Source: Octopus vulgaris
Taxonomy: Eukaryota
NCBI GenBank assembly: GCA_951406725.2
Contig: OX597837.1
Location: forward strand, 31,620,001-31,684,000
Length of the DNA: 64,000 nt
Direction of reading: 5' to 3'
Shown piece after piece: positions 53,231 to 64,000 of this stretch; positions within the stretch are counted from its first letter, which is position 1; every line of letters begins with the position of its first letter. The notes beneath the pieces were generated by a model. The model had not been told where the DNA came from. It ran no database searches and was given only the letters and a program-made list of their open reading frames with translations. The position numbers and the translations under genes are program-made.

Positions 53231-53824
53231 TTATATGGATATATGGCATATACGCCCATTATCCAGTTTTCATCTTCAATCTCATTGTTTGTTTACATCT
53301 GGCGTCTTGTATACGAAGCGCAGCAGCAAAGGTGTTGGCTATAATTTCTATAGAATATTTATAGAAATAACTTTAACAAATAATGTAAAAGCGCACTGCT
53401 AACACAGTAGAACATGCTATTGACTTTCAAAGTCATTTAATATACTCTATAGTATATTGTGGTTGCATAACGAAATACCATGTAACCACAAGTCATTCGA
53501 GTCTTTAGTATTTCAACACCGATTACAGTGGAGTGACTATGTGATTAGGATGGAAGATTATTAGATCCCTATGAAGTTTCTGTATGATGAGATAGCCCAG
53601 GGGAAAAGATCAACACAGCGAAAAAATAACGTATGAACACTGCATCCATCAAACACTACAGGAGATGAATATTTCGGAAAATTGATAAGAAACCTACGCT
53701 CTTCGTCGTTCACCGTGTAAGAAAGCAATGCATGACGGGAAGAGACAATTCGAACAAAATCGTATCGAGCATGAACAGCTCAGGAGAGACGTTCGTAAGG
53801 ATTTTGATGAGTAACGAATATGGG

Positions 53825-55331
53825 TATAGCTTTGTTAAGCTACACGCAAACAAACTATTGCAAACGGGAATACATTTATCAAAGGTTTCTTACTTTCCAT
53901 GCATCAAGGTTTGAGTCGCCATTTATTTATGTTTAGTTCATTCAGATTCGTTTTACCCTTATTCTTGATATTCTTTTGTTTTTCTTCTCCTGCCGGAAGT
54001 TCCCTTTTTTCCTGCTGACCAAGTACCTTGCTAGCCCGCAGCGAAGTATTTATCTACAGTTCGTCTGTCACGAATTCAGCCCTACATAGCACCCCGACCA
54101 CAGAACTGTTGACTGTCATTGGAAAAGGGAAGGCGTTTTAATTCTCCTGCCCATGCGTGTGGTTACTCGATTCTTTGGTGACTGTTCCTTGTCAACGGTT
54201 GGTGTGAACTGTCAAGGACGGCCCTTCTTTGGTGGGTGGGCTCCTTGAACGAGGCTGTCAATATCGAGATGGGCTGGTTTCAATCGGGCCTGAGGTGGTT
54301 CATAGTTGCTGAGGGGTACTTTGGTGTATTGATGGATCTTGGCTTGTTGACAGGTGATGCAGGACCTGGTCCAGTCCCCGATTTGCTCCGCCATACCGTG
54401 GCAGATAAATAGTACCTGGGTGGGAAAGTCGCACCGAAAACGCACTTGGCCGGGTTGATTACTAAGCCATACTGTTCCAGCCTATCAAAAAGGGTCACTA
54501 GGTGCTACTTATGTAGCTCTTTGTTGACCATGACGCCACTGGATAAAAAATGTTTGTCAGCTGCCTTTGCTAATTGATGCAAGTCGTTGATTTCGGTCTG
54601 AGTTATGAGAGCCTGGACCTGGGGTGGCAGCTTTCGGAGGAAAATTTCCTTAAACATAAAGGAAGGTGACTCACCGTGGGTTGTGACTAAAGCCAATATC
54701 CTGTCCATCAGTTCTGAAGGCTTGGCATCGCCTAATTACTCCTCAAGTATCTTGGCTGCCGCTTCTCCTTCATTGCGTCGGAATGTATCCACTAACCTAT
54801 CTTTCAATATGAAGTATTTTTTAATTATTGGGGGCTGGGTTAAAATGTCCATCACCCTTGTTGCCGTATCTTCGTCTAATGCAGCCACAACGTGCGAGTA
54901 CTTCGTTTGGTCGGCCGTTACCTTGTTTATATCGAATTGCGTTTCCGCCCGGACGAAGCACAGTTCAGGCCTCTTAGGCCAGAACTATGGTAGCCTTAGT
55001 GTTGTTTAGTTGTTAGCCGTGTTTGTTTCAATAGCGAGAGCTGCTTTTCTATCGTCGGGGTCACCAGTTATAGATTTGTTAAGCTATACGCAAAACAAAC
55101 TAGTGGAGACGAGAAGACATTTATCAAAGGTTTATTACTTTACGTACATCAGGGCTTAAGTCGTCACTTATTTCTGTTTAGCTCATTCAGATTCGTTTCA
55201 CATTCACCGTTGTCATTCTTTTGTTTTTCTTCTCCTGCCGGAAGTTCCCTCCTTTGCTGCTGACCAACTTCCTAGCTAGCCCGCATCGAAGTTTCTGTCT
55301 ACAGTTCGTCTGTCACGAATTCTGCCCTCCA
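53825..55331 (-). mobile_element. Internally deleted Ty3/gypsy LTR retrotransposon, unit 2 copy
   Basis: Same as 25616-27122 at an offset of ~28209. Confidence 0.85.
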
Positions 55332-56137
55332 TGAGCATATCTGTCTAAATAAGGTTGGCCTTAGAAATCAGAGATTGCCAAACAGACAGGTAAGTTGGTA
55401 ACTCTACATTGTAAGACGTCTGTGCTTGGAAGAGGAGTGGAAACATTATACGAAGGTTCATCAAAGAAGGCGACCATCGCTACCACATCTTTAGGAAACA
55501 GAATGTCGTATAAGGGACTGAGAATCGAGATCTGTGCTGCTCATATTTAAGAGGACGATCAAGCGATACTTTTAATCGAAATCGAGCTGTACCTATCATG
55601 TATGTATGTATGTATGTATGTATGTATGTATGTATGTATGTATGTATGTATGTATGTATGTATGTATGTATGAAAGTATGTATATATGTATGCATGTATG
55701 TATGTTTGTATGTATGTATGTATGCATGTATGAAAGTATGTATATATGTACGCATGTATGTATGTATGTATGTATGTATGTATGTATGTATGTATGTATG
55801 TATGTATGTATGTATGTATGTATGTATGTATGTATGTTTGTATGTATGTATGTATGCATGTATGTATGTATGTATGTATGTATGTATGTATGTATGTATG
55901 TATGTATGTTTGTATGTATGTATGTATGCATGTATGCATGTATGTATGTATGTATGTATGTATGTATGTATGTATGTATGTATGTATGTATGTATGTATG
56001 CATGTATGTATGTATGTATGTATGTATGTATGTATGTATGTATGTATGTATGTATGTTTTATCTTTTAATTATTATAAAGCTTCCACAGGGGAGTGTGTA
56101 TATGCATTTGTGTGTGTATATGTTTATTTGTGTGTTC

Positions 56138-56176
<39 letters not shown>

Positions 56177-56913
56177 CGTGTGTCTGTGTGTATGTGTGTG
56201 AAAGTGTGTGTACAGGTGTGTATTTGTTCGTGTGTGTGTGTATGTCTGTGTCTGTATGTGTGTGCGTGTGTGAGTGTGTGTGCATGTGTGTGTGTCTGTG
56301 TGTGTGCGTGCGTTTGTGTGTGCGTGAGCGTGTGAATGAACCGTAAATATGTTCACCTTCTGTATTTAGGTAATTGTAAATTTGTCACCTTTATAAGACA
56401 GTGAAACAAGAGAAAAATGATCGATCAAATTATCTCCCTTGGACTTTAGATTATTATGAATTATTTCCCTTGAAACAATATATATGAAAGGCATCGCTGT
56501 TTGGAATAAATCATTAGTTTGTTATATTCTTTACGTGTTTTGTGAGAAGGGTTCCCTTTCAGCCGTGGTTCTGTCCTAATTCAGATTTTATTATAAGACA
56601 CTGAGCGGAATGTGCTTCATCAACATAAGGAAAGGTGATTTCCTCTGAAGTAGATATCATTTAGATTCAATGCAAACAGAACCGCGCCTCTTCTGTCACG
56701 TGAACTGAAACGTATTTCGTGAATGAAAAACCTATTTTCATGTCCAATAATTAAATTATTGCTAAGGGAGTGGGGTCTAATATATGTACACACATATAGA
56801 CACTAGCACGCGCAACCACACACGCCAGGCGCGCGCACACGCACAATCATTTTTGAAGATATTTATATATATATACAAATATTTATATATTTTTATGTAT
56901 GTGTTTGTATCTA

Positions 56914-56956
<43 letters not shown>

Positions 56957-57090
56957 AAGAGAGAGAGACAGAAAGAGAGTGTGTGTGTGTGATGAGGTCC
57001 GGATTTACCACTAGGGCGTCGACATCTACAGGCCGAAAATATCTGGGGATCGTGAGTCAAATTTCCCTGACGACTAGGCCATACGCCCCA

Positions 57091-57092
<2 letters not shown>

Positions 57093-57136
<44 letters not shown>

Positions 57137-60125
57137 GCATATATACACACACACACAAAAATATTTTCTATTTCTCTCTTTAATTTGTACTGTATTTTAC
57201 CGGTCAACGACTTGATAGCAAGGTGGTGAAGGGATTTATCTTGATTGAACAGTCATCCTTTAAGTCTGAGGAAGGTCTTTATATAACCTCAGATATCCTG
57301 ATCATTTGCAGCATATAAATTAACGATTTGCATTCTCTCTCCGAGATGGATGATATGTATCCTGTTGTTCTAATAATAATAATAGGAACAAAGCTGGAAG
57401 TCTACCTCGGAAGCTGGATTTGCAACAGACGGATGTCTTTATCAATGGTCCAGAAGATATCCTCTTTCTCTTGTAATATTCTAATCACATTCGTGTCCAA
57501 GTGGAAGCTGATTCCCACAACAGAACATATAATTTCTTTGTGATCCCACACGACCATATGTGTCCGACTGTAGTTTAACTTGTGACTGTTTTAATTGAAA
57601 AGCTCTACCAATATTCTTTTGACAAAGTGGTCTCAGTAGAGTCAAATCATTTTTCGATATTCTCTTGTTTTTCTTATCCTCTTCCAGACCATTCTGGCCA
57701 CTGTTTCATGCCCCGCGAGGAGATGAGATCGCGAAGACATTATCTCACAGTTGGCGATAAAGTGGTTAATATCTTCACTCTTGTACGTATGTATATGATT
57801 GTTCAGTTTTATTTCTAGATTTCTTGCCAATGGAGAAAGAGCCGGTTTCTAAACTAGATTCAATGTATGTATGTATGTATGTATGTATGTATGTATGTAT
57901 GTATGTATGTATGTATGAATGTATGTATGAGTATATGTATATATGTATGAATGAATATATGTATGTATGTATGAATGTATATATCAATGTATGTATGTAT
58001 GTATGTATGTATGTATGTATGTATGTATGTATGTATATATGAATGTATGTATGAATATATGTTTGTATGTATGTATGTATGTATGTATGCATGTATGTTT
58101 GCGTGTATATATGTATGTATGTATGTATGTGTGTATGTATGGATGTATGTATGTATGTATGTACTTACTTACGTATGTATGTACGTATGTATGGATGTAT
58201 GTATGTATGTATGTATGTATGTATGTATGTATGTATGTATGTATGTATGTACTTACTTACGTATGTATGTACGTATGTATGTACGTATGTATGTACGTAT
58301 GTATGTACGTATGTATGGATGGATGGATGTATGGATGGACGTATGTATGTATGTATGTACTTACTTACGTATGTATGTACGTATGTATGTACGTATGTAT
58401 GTACGTATGTATGTACGTATGTATGCATGTGCAAATCTGTATGTTTTGCCTTAAGTATGTATTCTTATGGATAAATCTAGACATGCTCATATATATATTT
58501 CAACGATAAACTTCTGGAAAGTCCTACAGAATTTTAAAGTTTCAGTGATGGATTGGATCTGTAGTCTTCGAATTAGCTTTCTCCATTCTGATTTTGAGAA
58601 GGCTAATTTCTCAAAATTTGTAATTACACAGTGTGTTACATATACCATGGCCCTAATAACGTATGTATGTATGTACGCATAAAATTATACTCATTTTTTT
58701 ATATTATTGAATTCTTATAAATGAGTTGAATAATTTTTTTTCCTTTTTAATTCCAAAACTGTTTAATGGCACTCAAGAAATAAAGAAAACAAAAACAAAA
58801 TAATTTTGCAAAGTTTTATTGGAGAAACGTTTCGGAAGGAAGAGGAAATAATAAAAGGTTGTTTGAAGATCCAATTGGTATGTCAGTTGTGTTTCAGTAG
58901 TGTTTCTTTCATCTCGTTTAAATAGTCTAAAACAAATATAAAATCGAATAAATATTAATTGTTAATCTTCCATAATATAAATATATATTTATTATATCTT
59001 AACTGTAATAGGAATGCTTATACACGTAGTTGATGGTGCGTCGACTGCTTCTGCTGTTATTGGTGTTGATAAGAAATAATAGGTGGCGCCAGTAGTACAA
59101 GTATAGCAGCAGAAGCAACAGCGATAGCAACACCAGCAACATGTTATAGATTTGCTCCAGCTGGGTTGATGTCAAATAGTATCATCAACATCAGTATTAG
59201 TAGCAGTAGTAGCAACAACAACAATGAACACAGTAATATCAACTGAAGTAGAGATATTTTGTTTCGCCAAGAAACCAAGATAACTGAAAATATCAAATAA
59301 AGTAATATGACTTACAGCACATATTTGGTTAGAGATTTTTCCTGCACTCTTTTTGCAACCGGCGCCGACCATGCACTTTTTGAAGTCATGCACAACACTA
59401 GAAATATAAGAAATAAAATACATGAAATCAAAGAAGAAAAATTCTAGTTATTAATTGTTTTCCAATCATTAGTAATGAACAACACAGAATATATGAAATG
59501 TAAGGAAATTGCTATTTCGTTTTCAGTTTTATATTTTGGGGACAAACTAAAACCATTTTGTTTTGATATTTTATCTGATTGGGACGGATTGAATGTTAAA
59601 GTTGCCTACAGGTGTCTCCTAGAAATAGCTGCCGAATTTCCCTCGTATCATATCACCGTTATCAAAAATAGAGACTTCGGATTTTCTGTGACACAAAGGT
59701 CTGGGTGAAACAAGTTGTATGTCACAGACCAGTCTGTGTACGTTTGGAAAAGGAACAATTTAATGCAGTGCCAAATAAATTTCAAAATGTCGATATCCCG
59801 TATCCTGGGAAATTGATGTCTCACTCGGTTCTATAATGGAATGAATTTAGAAGACTTAACGTCAGCCAATGAATATCGTGGTTTTAGTGGAAACGATTTT
59901 GAAACTTTGATATAATAAATATATAATTGGTTGATAGAAAAGAATTATATTTCTAGGATGAATAAATTAATGAGTGTATCAGTTAATGGAAAGAATCTAG
60001 CCCAGTTGTCGGTGTATGTGTGAGAGTCTATGATGTAGTTTTGGGAATTTAGCCCCTCCCAAAAATTTCTAAGATAATGAAAAAATTTGAAATTATTATT
60101 ATTATCAATATAATTGTTATTATTA

Positions 60126-60177
<52 letters not shown>

Positions 60178-60530
60178 TATTATTATTATTATTATTATTG
60201 ATATTAATTTTATTATTATCATCAATAATAATAATAATAATAATGATGATGATGATGCTGATGATGACGATGATGATGATGACGACGACTACTCACCCTT
60301 GCAGCATATGATAACCGGCAGGGGCTGCTGGTGAAGCTAAGTATATGCACTTGACAGCTTGTTTAATGTCGCAACTGGTTTTAGGTCCTTGAGAAAAGAA
60401 AGCGGATATAGTCCCGATATCAATAATAATCATTAGAAGAATATGAGTAAAAGTAAATTAGTTCACAGTACTTGAACATACAAGTGTATACACACAAGCA
60501 TGTGTATACATATATATACGCACAAGCACA

Positions 60531-60561
<31 letters not shown>

Positions 60562-61009
60562 ACAAACACACGCACACATATATAATGTAATATAATATAA
60601 ATTGCCCAAACCCAGACATGGAATTCTGTATAATACTACTACTGAATAGCACAGGGTAAATCTGAAGGTGGCCAAGCTCTATACTGTAATCGACTTCGTA
60701 TTTACAGAATATAGCATAACTATATATATGAGTGAGAGAGCAGTGCATGTCATAATAGTGATACTGTGGTTACATATATACGAAGCCCAATATACCCACC
60801 ATGACTCCGTGTCTGATAAGGGTATATCAAACACATGCATCACACACCATGTGTACGTCACTTGTTGATTTTATATCAAAATAAACAACGGCAGACCATG
60901 CAGGTGGTGCATAGTCAAAATTTTGTTTCTATGTTGAGGAGCCTATCCCACACAAAATGTCCCTGGGTAATGTTTTTTAAGAATGTTGAACAAAACACCC
61001 ATGCTTCCA

Positions 61010-61108
<99 letters not shown>

Positions 61109-61138
61109 TACATATACAATATACATAATATATACATA

Positions 61139-61222
<84 letters not shown>

Positions 61223-62388
61223 GTATACATATGTTGTATGTAATGATAAAAATAATGCTAGTGTGAAATTTATATTTTATACATCGCTATGTACGTTTCC
61301 ACAAGTGAAATGATTTTGATATCAGAGTCGGTATCATTGAGATTAGTATAGTATAATCCGTATTATCCTTGGGCGTCATCATTGGCCCATTTCATTAAGC
61401 GATTTTTATATTTGGATGAATCACAGAGGGATGTTTATCCATTCTTGCCAGTATTTCTTTTATTATTATATTTATCCGACATTATATCGGTATAACCATG
61501 ATGTAATCTGACTCACAACTCAGTATCATTAAACGCTAACCGGCAAACACACATACACATACATACACACAAAACCACACACACACACACACACACACAA
61601 TTATATGTATATCTCTATGAGTATAATCTGCACATTTGTGTATACATGTGGAAGAGATAAGAATGTAAAATTGTTCCATAGCTACACAATTATTCCGTAT
61701 CTAAACATTTGAATGGAATTAAATAAACCTAAAACTCACCACAAAGTTTGGCAAAAAGTTTATCTGCAAGGCTCATATCACATCCGATGCCAGTGATACA
61801 TTTATCAGCTGCGCCGATAGCGCTGCAAAAGAGAAGAAATTAATTTTTATTACATGGTATTGCTACGAAAACGGGCATATATTTTTCTTTACTACCCACA
61901 AGAGGCTAAACACAGAGAGGACAAACAAGGATAGACAAAGGGATTAAGTCGATTACATCGACCCCAGTGCGTGACTGGTACTTAATTCATCGACCCCGAA
62001 AGGATGAAAGGCAAAGTTGACCTCGGCGAAATTTGAACTCGGAACGTAACGACCGACGAAATACGGCTACGCATTTCGCCAGGCGTGCAAACGTTGCTGC
62101 CAACTCGCCGAGCTTCAAAAACGGGCATATAAATACAAATATACATCTGTAATTATAAAGTAAAATACTCACACACACACACAGGAACACAAACACTCAC
62201 ACTCATTCACATTGAAGCACACACACACATGTGACAATACGTACCAGAACCCTGTTTCGCACACATAGAAATGAATATACACCGCCCTTGTATAAATACG
62301 TATGTATACATGTAAATATTATTAGAATATATGAACTTACACATATGTGCACACACTTATATACAGCATTATATGTACGTACACACGC

Positions 62389-62419
<31 letters not shown>

Positions 62420-62651
62420 TATATACATATATACGTTACATGTACATATATACATATATATACATATATATATATACATATATGCATATATATGTAAATA
62501 TGTGCGTATATATATATGTATATATATATGTGTATATATATATACATATGTATATATATATATGTATATACACAAACACACATATATATATGAACATACA
62601 TTACATATATACGTATAGATAAATATATTTGTGTACACACATAAATATATA

Positions 62652-62698
<47 letters not shown>

Positions 62699-62938
62699 TG
62701 AATTCCCCTAAAGTAACAGTATGTGTTTTGCTTGCTTATTCTCTCTTCTCAACAGATTTTATATATATATATATATATATATCTATATATATCTATAAGA
62801 GTATATAAATAGATATATATATATATATGTATATGTATATATATATATAAATGTATACATAAATATATATCTATATATATATATTAAACACAAAGTAAAT
62901 TAGGGGAAATGGGTGCAACCCACTAAGGGATAGTATTT

Positions 62939-62983
<45 letters not shown>

Positions 62984-63281
62984 AGGCTGGAGAGTTTCTA
63001 TTTTAGATATATTTGGGGTACTTAATCGTGCTCATGAGTGTTTGCTTCTTCCATGGGTATGAGTATTTCATTTGCCGCATTTATCATTGAGGAAAGGAGG
63101 GTTCTTATGAACTAATCATGATATCTGTCCGATATGGTAATAAGGGAATTTTTTAGAAATTTCTCTCGACCTTTTTCGAGTAGCGTACTTGTTGTGATGA
63201 ATTATATGGTTATGGACAATGTGTCTAGTTTCGGCATATTTGGCGTTGAAAGTTTTTTCGTTTGCTCTCACTTATAAGTTG

Positions 63282-63319
<38 letters not shown>

Positions 63320-63590
63320 TACATTATATTATATATGTATATCTAACTACAAACGTGTTTGCGTGTATATTGGCATATCTGTGTATGCCTTTATGTGTAT
63401 CTATGATTGTTTATATATTTTAAGTGTATATGTATGTATTTGTGTGTATGTGTTTATATATATATATGTAAATGTATGTACGTATGTATATTTATATAAG
63501 TATATATATACATATACATATTTTTATATATATTTTATATATATACGTAAATGATAGTACGTATGTATATTTATATAATTATATATATAC

Positions 63591-63641
<51 letters not shown>

Positions 63642-63794
63642 CATATTTATATATATATATATATATATGTACATATATATAGATATATAGATGTATATAT
63701 ATATATATACATATATATATGCATATATATATAAACTTATACAAATATACATCGATGTGTGTTATAATATCCCAACTTATATTTTTATGTGCAT

Positions 63795-63827
<33 letters not shown>

Positions 63828-64000
63828 AACACACACACTCTGACTTACTCATATACAAGCATGCGTGTATAAGCATTATGGACACAATGTATACAAGAAA
63901 AAACATTTACTTGCAGATCTGGTGATTTGTTGGATGAGGAGTAAAGTGAACTTTCGGGATACATCCCAGAATTCCCTGCATGGTGCAGGCGGCATTTGCT
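57093..64000. repeat. Tandem segmental repeat unit 3 (partial)
   Basis: Matches the first ~6.9 kb of units 1 and 2 and runs off the window. Confidence 0.95.
58918..64000 (-). CDS. Gene B copy 3 (partial; exon 1 lies beyond the window end)
   Basis: Exons (-): >64000-63911, 61822-61740, 60387-60297, 59397-59316, 58926-58918. Visible splice sites and frame intact; carries M99 like copy 2. Confidence 0.85.

Overview
Eukaryotic, AT-rich, microsatellite-dense animal DNA; the SINE/LINE content suggests an octopus genome (inference). The window is about 2.2 near-identical tandem copies of a ~28.3-28.9 kb unit. Each unit carries two six-exon genes that the ORF track misses, arranged head-to-head: gene B (- strand, 131 aa, basic) and gene A (+ strand, 136 aa, acidic). 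They are diverged paralogues encoding small secreted proteins made of two ~55-aa cysteine modules. Both have 11 mature cysteines, with the third Cys of module 2 lost, and both share a TATA box and a 10-bp 5'UTR motif. I do not recognise the family. The rest of the unit is transposon debris: a young CR1/L2-type LINE nested in an older LINE, a Tc1 transposase pseudogene, an internally deleted Ty3/gypsy LTR element, Penelope-like fragments, an RLE-type non-LTR remnant, SINEs and microsatellites. All gene models were spliced and translated by hand.
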